DNA of 63,947 nt, filler included, from Octopus bimaculoides (GCF_001194135.2; 7 parts of 5 records of this genome joined end to end with filler, not necessarily neighbours in it); one strand, 5' to 3'. Positions 1 through 12,160 are shown, counted from the whole stretch's first letter. Notes: generated by a model from the sequence alone, not told the origin. A program made the numbers and translations.

Positions 1-299
1 TATATATATGTACATATAATATGTAAGTGTATATATAAATATATATATACTTGAAGCAACTGTACGCACACGTGCCATCTTTTTAAGGACACAAAAATGT
101 AACACTAAAGGCCTAACGAACCTTATCCCTTTTTCCTTCTTTCCTTTTCTATTTTCCTTTTTACTCCTGTCAACCTTCGATCTCCTGTCAATATTCCTTT
201 GGTAAAGTTCAAATCTTTCTGATGATGCTTGTTACATGGAACGAGATGAATGCAAGTTTACCTAAAATATAGCAAACAGAAACAGCTTTAAATGCTATC

Positions 300-505
300 T
301 TAACAATAACTAAACTATGACCATTCAATACTAATGATCAACTTCTAATTGTTACATGTTACTCCATTTCTTCTCTTACCTTATCTGAATATATTAAACC
401 ACGGTTTACCCTTAAAATACCAACTACTGTTAACCTTAAAGTAAGGCCTATACATAGTTAGGTAATGCACCAGTGGTGCCTATGGATATATTTATCCCTT
501 AGGTG
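300..505 (-). repeat. Unclassified interspersed repeat, second copy at 61795-61990
   Basis: The reverse complement (ctaagggataaatatatccataggcaccactggtgcattacctaactatgtatagg...gtaaaccgtggtttaatata) aligns by eye to 61795-61990. Confidence 0.7.
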
Positions 506-524
506 GTTGCATAACCTCTAACTC

Positions 525-568
<44 letters not shown>

Positions 569-600
569 NNNNNNNNNNTACATATATATACATATATATA

Positions 601-1079
601 CAGGGTGCTCTAAAAGTCACTGATGGGTTTCAATTTTTAATAAGTTCCTTAACTTTACAAATTAATGCATGCAATTTTGATACAATACAAAGGACATAAT
701 GGAAATTAATACACACAAGTCAAATTTTGCAACACCTTTACATCATATATGAAAAATGACAATGCTTAAATGGCAGCCAATTTGGCTTCCCCACTAGAAA
801 AAATCTGGGCTAGTCAAGTCTAGAGAATGCAAAGGCCAGTTGAAATTGCCATAGTGGGAGATTATTCTCTCTCCAAAGCACAGGCATGTGAAGCCGAAAA
901 TGGCTGCCATTTAAGTGATGTCATTTTTCATATGTAATGTAGTGGTGTTGCAAACTTTGACTTGTGCATATTAATTTCCATTATGTCCTTTATATTGTAT
1001 CGAAATTTCATGCATTTATTTGTAAAGTTAAGGTAATCATTAAAAATTGAAACCCATCAGTGGCTTTTGGGACAGCCAG
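601..1079. mobile_element. Tc1/mariner-type MITE with ~190-bp terminal inverted repeats
   Basis: 601-790 is the imperfect reverse complement of ~890-1079 (cagggtgctctaaaagtcactgatgggtttcaattttt / aaaaattgaaacccatcagtggcttttgggacagccag). TA flanks both ends (599-600, 1080-1081). No ORF. Confidence 0.85.
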
Positions 1080-1211
1080 TATATACATGCACACATAGAT
1101 ATATGTATATATTTCACCCTCTATCCTTTTGTTTTGCTCCTCATTCCTTACTGTAGAAGGGTGTAGGCTTTAAATGTCAAAGACTCTTCCATTTTTTCTG
1201 AACATCAAACT

Positions 1212-1332
1212 AATACAGCCTGTTTGTAGCCAAGATCAAGGAAGTGTTTTGAGATCGTTCCAGGACCACAATGAGAAATGCATGCATCAGGTGCCAGAAA
1301 CATCTTGAAGCCATAGTGGGAGCAAAGGGTTT
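1212..1332 (+). mobile_element. C-terminal fragment of a maT/Tc1-like transposase
   Basis: Translates to KIKEVF*DRSRTTMRNACIRCQKHLEAIVGAKG, resembling the end of the maT transposase at ~20.5 kb (KSCRRL*SHLGAIIKANG). Confidence 0.55.
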
Positions 1333-1462
1333 GAGTAAACTGTTATCTCCCAGCCATAATCTAGTCGATATATATTTAAAAAAAATTCTTTTATTTTTAG
1401 ATGGGCTGCCATCTTTCCAAATTTAACTCAAATGCCCTGTAGTGGGATCGAAATCAAAACCA

Positions 1463-1885
1463 TATCCTTTTATCCTTTTACTCGTTTAAATCATTTGACT
1501 GTGGCCATGCTAGAGCACCACCTTAAGGGGTTTTCATCAAACAAATCAACCCCAGGACTTATTCTTTGTAAGCCTAGTACTTATTTTATTGGTTTCTTAG
1601 GCTGAACCACTAATTTACAGAGGCACAAACACACCAGCATTAGTTGTCAAGAGATGGTGGGGGGGGGGACAAACACAGACACAAACACACAAATATATGC
1701 ACACACACACACACACACATACGAAGGGCTTCTTTTAGTTTCCATCTACCAAATCCATTCACAAGTCTGTGGTCGGCCTGAAGATATAGTTGAAGACACC
1801 TGCCCAAGGTGTCATGCAGTGAGACTGAACCCAGAACCGTGTGATTGGGAAACAAGCTTCTTACTACCCAGCCACACCTGTGCCT
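1463..1885 (-). mobile_element. SINE family A (tRNA-headed), full length
   Basis: Head, (CA)n middle and GGTGGTGCTCYAGCATGGCCACAGTCAAATGA tail match the + strand copy at 52768-53096. Confidence 0.9.
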
Positions 1886-2456
1886 GGCTGCAAAGTGAAT
1901 TTCTTAAACACACAAACATATCTGCATATACTTGAGATGATATTTTTTTAAATCCATCTTTCAGTACAGCTCATCATCACCTCTCAAATTATTTTACTAC
2001 AAATCTCACAGACAGGAATAAATGAAGAAAGAACCAAAAAAAAAAAAGAAAATTATAATAAAAAAATAAAAATGTAAGGAAGAAAGAAAAGGGTATCAAT
2101 CAGTCAGTTAGTCATTTGTCAGTATGCATCAATACTAACAAACTCTTTGAAAATATTTACAATATTATTTCTGAGACTGAATCTTGAGATTCCTGAGTAG
2201 ATGTCTACAGGTTATAGGTATGTTGTCATAAAGCATTATTGTTACTGAAACTGCCTTGAAAAATATGACAACACTTATTGTATGTAGACAATGATTGCGT
2301 TGTCTACAGTTACACCAGTCACATATGGAAATCATATGCCATTATTTATGACAGTTGTTACTTTTCCCAGAAACTTCCGTAACTGTTAACATAATGGTAA
2401 GATTACTTGGAATTTATACTCTAAGTTGTCACCAATTTTTGAAACAAATTCCAAGA

Positions 2457-2640
2457 CATGGCTGTGTGGTAAGACGTTTGCTTCCAGATCACATGACTCC
2501 AGGTTCAGTTTCACTGCATTGAACCTTGAGCAAGTCTCTTCTACTATAGCCTCAGGCTGACCAAATTCGGTGAGTGTATTTGGTAGACGAAAACTTAAAA
2601 GAAGAATGTTGTATATGTGTGTGTGTCTTTGTGTCTGTGT
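2457..2640 (+). mobile_element. SINE family A, 5' half
   Basis: catggctgtgtggtaagacgtttgcttcc...gtagacgaaaact...(TG)n matches the family A head. Confidence 0.85.
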
Positions 2641-2653
2641 TGCCAAAATTTAT

Positions 2654-3009
2654 CTTTTGTTTACTTGTTTCAGTTATTTGAATGTGGCCATGCTGGGGCA
2701 CCACCGTGTAGAAATTTTAGCCTGGTACTTACTCTATCAATGTATTTAGCTGAATTGCTAAGTTATAGGGACATAAACATACCAACACTGGTTGTCAAGC
2801 AGTGGAGTGGGGCAAACACAGATTCAAAGACACACACCATGCACATACGCGAGGGCTTCTTTTAAGTTTTCGTCTACCAAATACACTCACCGAATTTGGT
2901 TGGCCCAAGACTATAATAGAAGATGCTTGCTCTAGGTACCCCACAGTGGAACTGAACCCAGAACCATGTGGTTGGGAAGCCTACTTATTACTACACAGCC
3001 ATGTCTGCA
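2654..3009 (-). mobile_element. SINE family A, near full length
   Basis: Tail (tttacttgtttcagttatttgaatgtggccatgctggggcacc) through head (actacacagccatg). Confidence 0.85.
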
Positions 3010-3914
3010 CTTACTAAAACATGTCTTTAACTTACTAAAACAATATTAAAAAAGATTTATAAATGTTCATGTAAAAATGAAAATTAAAATATTTTGTGAA
3101 TGTGGAATTTCCATGGGTCCTTCTGGTAATAGTTTCCTTTCTTTTTTTATATATATGGGATACTATATTCTGCTGACTTCTTTGATTAAATATTTCTAAC
3201 CCAATTCCTTAGAATTTTTTCAGTGAATAATTGGGTGACATTAAGTAACTTGGGAATAAACAAGAATTTCAAATTATTTGAATTATTCATTTACTTTGTA
3301 AGTTTTCCAATTTAAAATTATGGACATCAAAATAAGAAGAAAAGAATTATATATGCACACACACACACACACATACACCCAAAAATACACACTGACACAA
3401 ACACACACACACGTTATCTTGAATGAATGAAAGACAGAAAGAATACCTATATAGATAGAACCAAAGTTTCTAATTCCTTTAACCTCATTTCCATTCTGTT
3501 TTCATAATTGTGACATTGTAAATATGAAAGGTATTTATGATGTACTACAACTTTGTAATGCAAAAAAAAACACACATTACAATTTATTGAGGGAAGAAAG
3601 TAGGTTGGAAATGTTTCCTTACGAACTAAAACTGCATCCTTGCTTCAACTCTTGACAAACACTAGCATAATTCATCTGTTTGTTAATACCATATGAAAGG
3701 AGTATAAATGTCAAAATGTGTTATACTTTAACTTTACTAAAATATATCACCAATCAAAAATATGTCCCTCTGGCAAGAATCCTTTGAGTTCAACATTGCC
3801 TTTGATCCTTTGATGGTCAATAAAACAAAATACAATCAAGTACTTTGGTTGCTATAATCAACAAATTGTTGCCCCTTGAAACTGCTGGCCTTGTGCCTAA
3901 ATAAGGAGCTATTA

Positions 3915-4205
3915 TTAAAGTCAGCAAACTAGCAATATTTTTAGAGCAATAGAAAAATGCTTTTGTAGTATTTATTCTGAATCTTTAACTTCTGAGTTCA
4001 AATCAGGCTGAGGTTGACTTTATTTTATTCCTTTTGGGTTGATAAAATAGGTACCAGTTGAAAACTGGGTACCAGTTGAGTACTAGGTACCAGTTGAGTA
4101 CTAGGTACCAGTTGAGCACTAGGTACCAGTTGAGCACTAGGATCAATGTAATTGATTTACCCCCGCCACCAAAATTTCTGGCCTTGTCTCAAAATTTGAA
4201 GCCAA
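3915..4205 (+). mobile_element. SINE family C with internal 18-bp tandem amplification
   Basis: ctgagttcaaat...gaggttgacttt...gtaccagttgag...ggccttg matches copies at 37842-38292 and 63396-63610. Five 18-bp units at 4050-4139. Confidence 0.85.
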
Positions 4206-4277
4206 CTGAACACTCATGTGTCGTCTTTGATGGGCGAGTCCATCAGTACCAGCAGCAGCAGCAGGAATAGTAAGTTG

Positions 4278-4672
4278 ATGGGCTGGCAGAATTGTTACCA
4301 CACCTAAAAAAAAAAAAAAGTAAATAAAATGCTTAGCAGCATTTCTTCCAACTCTTTTAGATTCTGAGTTCAAATTCTGCCGAGGTTGACTTTACTTTTC
4401 ATCATTTCGGGGTCAATATTATAATCAATATTATTATTTTTTACCATTATTATTAATGCAGCAAGTTTGCAGAATCATTAGCACACTGAACAAAATGCTT
4501 AGTGACATTTCCTCTGCTTCCATGTTCTGAGTTCAAATTTCACTAAAGTTGACTGCTTCATATCCTTTCAGAAGTTAATAAAATAAGTAGCAAATGAACA
4601 CTGAGATTGATGTAATTAGCTAACCCCATCCCTCAAAATTACAGGCCTTGTGCCTTTAGTAGAAAGGATTAT
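4278..4672 (+). mobile_element. Two tandem SINE family C copies (~4278-4415 and ~4458-4672)
   Basis: Each carries gcagaat...aaatgcttag...ttctgagttcaaatt...gttgact. Confidence 0.8.
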
Positions 4673-6483
4673 TATTATTATAACAGTGGTGGACTGAAAT
4701 TTTATACTGGAAATAAACCCTCACACAAATGTATTTACACATGGTTAATAACATTTATTAAATATATGTATGTGTCGCTGATTAACTGAGACTACACATA
4801 CTGACAGTTGACAAAAATTCTTTCAGGTGTCTATATACAAGCAAACAGATACTTCCTTCCCTTATGTCTTCAAAACTTAAAAGCAACTGTGATAAGTCCA
4901 GAAAAATCTACCAACTGAAATTTTTGTGTGGTAATAACAAAGTGAGTGAGAGTGGAACGTATCTTTGGTGAAAGCAATATACAAGTATGACATGTAATAG
5001 ATCTAGCTAGCAAAAAATCATTTTTCTTTCCCAAAAACTTCAGTTAGCTGATTTTATCGAAATTATCTCCCTTGTTTGTTGTTTTAGATTTTGAGCATCC
5101 CTACTGGGAGATTTCGTCTAGTCATAGCATGAATAAACTCTGAACACACACATACATCAATATTTACAAACTTACATAATGCATACGTGCATACATACAT
5201 ATATACATGTATGTATAAATGTAAGAGTGTATGTAAGTATTTATATATTCATACACACATTCACATACAGCATATTAACTCATATTATATTGAAGAAATA
5301 TGAAAGAATCACAGAAGGTAAATCTAATTTTTTTTTATCAGTATATTTCAGAAATCTGAATTTACAAATCTCTTACATATTTCATACAATTCCTTTTATC
5401 AATACCCACAAACACACACACATACACATAGATTCACTCACATACTTGCAGACTTGCACATAAGCATGAACGTCGCTTGAGTATATGCAATGTTTGTTTG
5501 AGTTTGTGCTTGACATATGTTGATGTATGTGTCTTACAAATCTAGAGATGTACCTCTATATTTCTTATATAATGTAAAAGGTGACTAATGGAAAGATCCA
5601 ACTTAGTTTATAATAATATATGCATGATAACATTAGAACAGAATCAACATCAGGATTCCCCCCTGTATTACAACAATATGTATACAGTTTTGCATGTAAA
5701 CTTTAAAAGCAATATTTAAAAAAAGAATTGTGTTTCTGTCGTGAACATGATATTGTATATATCTATGTATCTGTAGTGTATAATTCATGTGTTTGTACAT
5801 GTGTGAAATATATATATATGTGTGAAATATATATATATATAGGTGTGTGTATGTGCATGAATGTATATATACATGCATACATGTATATATGAATTTATAT
5901 AACTCACACATTTTATACATTTCATTTTAAAATATATATTTTATATGAAAATATAACAACGTAAAATGAGAAAATGTTTAAATGATTCTGCAAAGGAAGA
6001 AAAATTCAAAAATAAGTTGCAGAATGCAACTGAAGAAAAGAAGAACATTAAATGTATTAATATATAAACATGTGAAAGTATTTCAAAAAGTGATATAATA
6101 TACATGTAAGGAAAATTAGCTTCCAGTGTTATAACTTGCACTCGTCTATGTGTTATGTACTTTCTTTATTGGAAGTATTATCGATGACTACATACAAGCT
6201 ACTATTTTAACACATGGATTGAAGTGTGTACTTAAATAAATAATATTGATTTATCACAATGGTATAATACCACAGTTGCATCACCTTCTTGAAATAATGA
6301 ATAAATTCCCACAAATCAGAACCAATCATTATTTATAAAGTGTAATGCATGTTAGAGAATTTAGTCTGTGATACTGTATAATTGAAATATAGATATAAGT
6401 GGTTTGTCGTTGCTAGAATATCTTTTTTTGTTTTGGATAAGTCTCTTTGGTTAGTTCTGAGTTGGAACTAAACAACAACAACC

Positions 6484-6526
<43 letters not shown>

Positions 6527-6912
6527 NNNNNNNNNNNNNNNNNNNNNNNNNNNNNNNNNNNNNNNNNNNNNNNNNNNNNNNNNNNNNNNNNNNNNNNNNN
6601 NNNNNNNNNNNNNNNNNNNNNNNNNNNNNNNNNNNNNNNNNNNNNNNNNNNNNNNNNNNNNNNNNNNNNNNNNNNNNNNNNNNNNNNNNNNNNNNNNNNN
6701 NNNNNNNNNNNNNNNNNNNNNNNNNNNNNNNNNNNNNNNNNNNNNNNNNNNNNNNNNNNNNNNNNNNNNNNNNNNNNNNNNNNNNNNNNNNNNNNNNNNN
6801 NNNNNNNNNNNNNNNNNNNNNNNNNNNNNNNNNNNNNNNNNNNNNNNNNNNNNNNNNNNNNNNNNNNNNNNNNNNNNNNNNNNNNNNNNNNNNNNNNNNN
6901 NNNNNNNNNATA

Positions 6913-6950
<38 letters not shown>

Positions 6951-7269
6951 TGTGTGTGTGTGTTTGCGTGTGTGTACATGAACTAGAAAATAGAACTTCC
7001 AACAAGTTGGCAAACAGATTGCCAACCATTGACGATGTTCTAAATGAAACAACATCACTTGATGAGTTGATTCATTAAAGAACTATGCAGTTCTTAAACA
7101 GAATACTTGGTAAAGTAATGACAAGAATTTTCCCTTTATATCATAGATTTGAGGTCCAGTGTTTCATGCTAAATTTATCTCACAGCTACAAATAGTTCAT
7201 AATTTATAAGAATATTATCTACTGAACACAACCAGAGAAAAATAGCTTGCTAAAACAAGTTATGATGTA

Positions 7270-7482
7270 CTTTGCAAATTTTGACACAAGGCCAGCAATT
7301 TTAGGGTAGGTGTTAATTTGTTTACATCAACCCCAGTGTTGAATGGGTGCTAATTTTATCATTCTTGAAAGGATGAAAGGCAAAGTTGACCTTCTTGGAA
7401 TTTGAACTCAGAGCTTAAAGACAGATGAAATGCCTCTAAGTATTCTGCTCAGCACAGTAATGATCCTGCTAGTTCACTACCC
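7270..7482 (-). mobile_element. SINE family C
   Basis: aattttgacacaaggccagcaatt...gaaaggatgaaaggcaaagttgacc...gaatttgaactcaga. Confidence 0.85.
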
Positions 7483-7506
7483 TGATATGCTTTATTATTG
7501 AATGCA

Positions 7507-7555
<49 letters not shown>

Positions 7556-8459
7556 TTNNNNNNNNNNNNNNNNNNNNNNNNNNNNNNNNNNNNNNNNNNN
7601 NNNNNNNNNNNNNNNNNNNNNNNNNNNNNNNNNNNNNNNNNNNNNNNNNNNNNNNNNNNNNNNNNNNNNNNNNNNNNNNNNNNNNNNNNNNNNNNNNNNN
7701 NNNNNNNNNNNNNNNNNNNNNNNNNNNNNNNNNNNNNNNNNNNNNNNNNNNNNNNNNNNNNNNNNNNNNNNNNNNNNNNNNNNNNNNNNNNNNNNNNNNN
7801 NNNCATCTTATTATCAGTAATTCCGCTCTTCGGAGATGCATTAAGAACCATTAGTATATATATATAATATTAAAACATTAGAAATATTAAAAATTAAAAA
7901 TGAAAAATTAAAAATAATAATATATACTGTCCTTTCTATAAGTTGTCAAATTAATCCTTCTGAAGTATGTAAAGTTTGTTCGTTTCTTCCTTTGTTGAAA
8001 TTTTGAGTGTTAAACACTTATTTGTATAAGAATTGGTATATTTTTTAAAAGTATAGAAGATCTCGGCGAACTTCATCCTGCTATTAGACGTATTGGTTAT
8101 CCTATAAATCCGATTCAATTTTGAAAATTCATCCACCTCGAATATTTAACATTGAATTTTAAATTTTAGAATATTGCAAATAAATAGTTTTTGTTAGAAG
8201 ATTCCATTTCAAATTTTTTTTTTTTTTTTTTTCATGAAGTAATATATTGGAATCCGAGTTCAAACTCTCGGCATTCATTTTTAATTAATTAATTGTAAAT
8301 TGCTATCATTAGAATTCCCCCACTAAGTCTCTACGTTTAACATGCATATATATCTAATATTTACCCCTATATATATGTATATATAAATATATGTATATAC
8401 ACCCAAATATCTGCGCTTTTTATATAGATATGTTCATAAGAATACACACATGTGTTTCT

Positions 8460-9040
8460 TTATTTTACCTTATTTTGGGATTTATTATAATATTTGAAGG
8501 TTTTATAATATCTATGTTTGCATGATGTTATCGCATCTAATCTATTATTTATTAAATTATCTAGTTTATATAATAATATATTCAGCGATTCTATTGTGCA
8601 TAAACGGCAATATTTTGATTTATGTGTGTATGGTGTGGCAGAATCCATTATTGACCAGTCTAGTTTATAATTAATTTTATTTTTATTAAGTTTTTGTATA
8701 TATGTAGCTAGTGAAGTTGTATTATTATTTGTATTTGGTTTAAAGGAATGTATACCATTTTATGTGAGTTATTAGTGATTGTTACTATGCATTTATATAT
8801 TATATTTAATCTTTTGCAATTTCCTTGTAAAGGACATATATTTTTTTTTTTTTTTTACATGAGCAATTATTATTATTGGGTTGTATTATTGGGTTTATTG
8901 CTATATTTTGTCTTTTTTCAGTTATATGGTATTTATTATGTTTTTGCTGTCGTATTATATCAGTATTATTATTAGGGGTTAGCGTATTTATATTCTTATA
9001 TTTATTTGCACTTCTATTTATGATGTCATTATTATTGCTA
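8460..9040 (-). mobile_element. Penelope-like (Naiad/Chlamys-type) C-terminal Zn-knuckle and GIY-YIG endonuclease remnant
   Basis: With one frameshift in the A-run it reads ...NNCSCKKK-ICPLQGNCKRLNIIYKCIV...MVYI/HSF...TSLATYIQKL...LDWSIMDSATPYTHKSKYCRLCTIE...INNRLDAITSCKHR. This fits the CxC...CPLxGxC, WSI, CxLCxxE and CxH pattern of Naiad-type elements. Confidence 0.75.
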
Positions 9041-9150
9041 TTATTATTATATATATACACATTTATTTGCTCAAGATAATTGAGCACTCAGCATAAGTTC
9101 AGTTATATATTCTTTTAGAATGTTTCTTTTAGAATATTACTTATAAAAGT

Positions 9151-9237
<87 letters not shown>

Positions 9238-9487
9238 GCATGTAATACAATTTTTCTGAATTATCAGATTTTTTATATGCTAGACCACTGGTTTCAAAAT
9301 TGAAATTAATATTCAATTTATCACCCTCAGTATATAAATATATATATATATAGGCATGCATGATGCATGTATGCATATCGTTATACAGTTTTCTTCAAGA
9401 TTTCTTGCCAATAGAGAAAGAGTCGGTTTCTAACCTAGATTCAAGGGTCCTTTATTGGAATTTTAACACCAACAGGATATTTTTGCA

Positions 9488-9813
9488 TGTGCTGGTGGCA
9501 CGTAAAACGACCATTCAAGCGTTATTTTTACCAGTGTTGCCTGACTGGCTCCTGTGCTGGTGGCACGTAAAAAACACCATTCAAGCATGGTTGTTGCCAG
9601 TGCCTCCTGACTGGCTTCCATGCTGGTGGCATGTAAAAAGCATCCACTACAATCTTGAAGTAGTTGGCGTTAGGAAGGGCATCCAACTGTAGAAACTTTG
9701 CCAGATCAGGTTGCATCCTGGTGCAGCCTTCTGGCTTGCCAGCCCTCAGTCAAACCGTCCAACCCATGCCAGCATGGAAAGCGGACGTTAAACGATGATG
9801 ATGATGATGATGA
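9488..9813 (+). mobile_element. RTE-type LINE 3' UTR (family B) with (GAT)n tail and three ~65-bp internal repeats
   Basis: ggcgttaggaagggcatccaactgtagaaac...ccatgccagcatggaaagcggacgttaaacgatgatg. gctggtggca recurs at 9491, 9556 and 9622. Confidence 0.8.
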
Positions 9814-10559
9814 TGTGTGTATTTGTGCAGTATTTGGAGTATTTGAAGAACATGTGCAGATTTGTATGTCTGTATGTACCAGGAATGTGCCATCTAGGTA
9901 GGCGAGGTAAGCAGTGCCTACCTTGAATAAAATAGATCGATAGCTACATTTTCCTCTCATGGAAAATTCAATAAAATTATAAAAGTTAGTCTGATTACTA
10001 TGCATAAAATGCAAAATGTTTTACTTTTTGTAGATTAGGTAGGCATAATTCACCCCTGCTTTTCAATCACAGTATCTAAGCTGTGCATGGTACTGCTGTA
10101 GTACATGTGCCACATACATTCCAACAACACTATTTTCTTGACATGCTATAAAGGCAGAAATCGATCTGCCTGTGTTTCACTTATTTTTTGTGTGTTTTAC
10201 TACATAAAGGTTGCAAACTGGCTAGCCTGAGTTATTACTGATGGTACGTACCTGATATGTACCTATGTATGTATGTACGTGCGTAAGTATGAATGAATTT
10301 TCTTTATTGCATTCGCAAATACCCCTGTTCACAACATGTATTGCTTTGTACAGAGCTGAGTTTAAATCTATTCACTACTAAAACATTATCTGTTTCCCTG
10401 TTTACATATATTGAGATTTAAGTGTGAACAATACATAATGGCAAAAGAAAAACAAAATATTGTGATTAATGTAAATTTAAGCACAACTATTTTGCCTAAC
10501 ACAAATTTCAAAGCCATCTTATGCAATACTACCCCACCCATCACTCAAGGGTTTTTTGT

Positions 10560-10835
10560 CTGCTGAGGTGTTTTGTGAAACCACTAGTGTTGGTGTGGCT
10601 TGAGAAAGAACTCAGTATATTCGGCAAAGTAATTGGCATTAGAAAGGGTCTCCAGCTGTATGAAGTGTGCTAAAGCTAATGTTGGATTTCAATGCAGTCC
10701 TCAGACATGTCAGATCCAGTCAAATCATCCAGTCTGTTCATGGAATGCATATACTAAATGACGACGACGACAATGATGAGGATGAAGATGATGACGATGA
10801 TGATGAGGCTGAAGATGATGATGATGAAGATGATG
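10560..10835 (+). mobile_element. Degenerate family B (RTE 3' end) copy
   Basis: attggcattagaaagggtctccagctgta...gtcaaatcatcca followed by a GAT/GAC-rich tail. Confidence 0.6.
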
Positions 10836-12069
10836 ATTCTGTATCCTGGAACACTGGAAACTATAAATTGTTGATATCAACATAGAAAAGTAATTCTAAG
10901 CCATTCATGAAATAGAGGAAATTTATGAAGAACATCAACACACACTGGGTTGCTCACCACAAACCTACAAATACACACGCACGCACACATACACAGAGAA
11001 TGACGGAGAAAAGTAAGGAAAAATCCATCATTGTAATCTGTATCTGTGTTCTGTCTTTGCACAGATATACAAAGAGAAGGTGAGAAAGAAAAGGAGAGAG
11101 AGAAATAGAGGGACAATAAAAAGAGGAAGAGAGAAAGGGAGGGAGGGAGAAAGAGAGGTGTGGATATACCTTTGGTGGTTTCTTCTCCATCACAAACTTT
11201 CAAATAAATAATGGTATTTTCGTTTAGCATTCATAACTTCCTTTTTTTAATAAAAAAATATTGGCACTTCTTCATTTCCAGAGACCCATGAAATTGAAAG
11301 TATTTACCTTGTCAGAAGTAAGATTTTTCCTGGTCAAAGAGTGAAAATTTTTCCCTCTTGCCAAAAGAAATTTTTTTCTCTTGCCAAAAGTATTTTTAAT
11401 GGGAGAAAAGTGAATGTATTTTTATGGGTTATAGTATTAATGATCACTATTTCTTACACCCAATAATACATGAGCATTGGTGACTTGCTCTCACACACAA
11501 GAGATAATTTGGAAAAATATTTGTTTGCAATAAAATTTCTTGCAATAAACTATTTTGGTGCATCCCCATAAGCACCCATCTGCATGATGTGGGTCTTCAC
11601 TAAGTTTTACATCTTCCCCAATCCAGAATGTAGTGAAATGTAATGAAGAAGACCAGTCATCTGCACAAAAGTAATTGCATTTTGTGTTATTTGCAGCAAC
11701 CCTTGCTAATTCTCTATTAACATTAAATACACTTGAGCAGAAATTAATCATGCATTGCTTGTGTTAATTGAGAATTTAATTAAAATATATGGTGGACCCA
11801 TCTTCAATATTGACAAATAACATGCTGGATGGCTTCGTAGCATAAAGCTAGTTTTCTGATGAGTCTCTGTTTTATTTTCATGTCTTAGTACTTTCTCTTT
11901 GTAGGAAAACACTTTTAATTTTTTAACCTGGAAACTACCTACTTTTTTGGAATAAATGCTTTCATTTTCACGGATCCCTAGAAAAATGAAATGTTGAAAT
12001 ATTTTGTTATTGACAATTCTTGCTTTTGACAATCAGAGAAAATAGCTTGCTAAGACAAGTTATGATGTA

Positions 12070-12160
12070 CTTGGCAAATTTTGACACATGGCCAGAAAAT
12101 TTAGGGTAGGTGTTAATTTGTTTACATCAACCCCAGTGTTCAATGGGTGCTAATTTTATC
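12070..12160 (-). mobile_element. SINE family C 3' fragment, part of a local duplication
   Basis: About 95% identical to 7270-7360, including shared flanking sequence. Confidence 0.8.

Noticed and set aside
1640-3017. Recurring ORFs with LLLSFRLPN / TCPRCHAV motifs (also at 16.1, 23.7 and 52.8 kb)
   Set aside because: They are translations of SINE family A, not a gene family.
4050-4141. Regular short repeats resembling a CRISPR array
   Set aside because: There are no unique spacers, the array sits within a SINE, and the context is eukaryotic.
5088-5144. DFEHPYWEISS resembling a CaMK-family segment
   Set aside because: A stop follows within a few codons and no other kinase exon was found.
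7951-8136. 61-aa minus-strand ORF near the Naiad remnant
   Set aside because: It has no recognisable motif. It may be decayed PLE sequence, but that cannot be supported.
11491-11751. 86-aa minus-strand ORF in unique sequence
   Set aside because: It has no recognisable domain, weak splice signals and a length within chance expectation.
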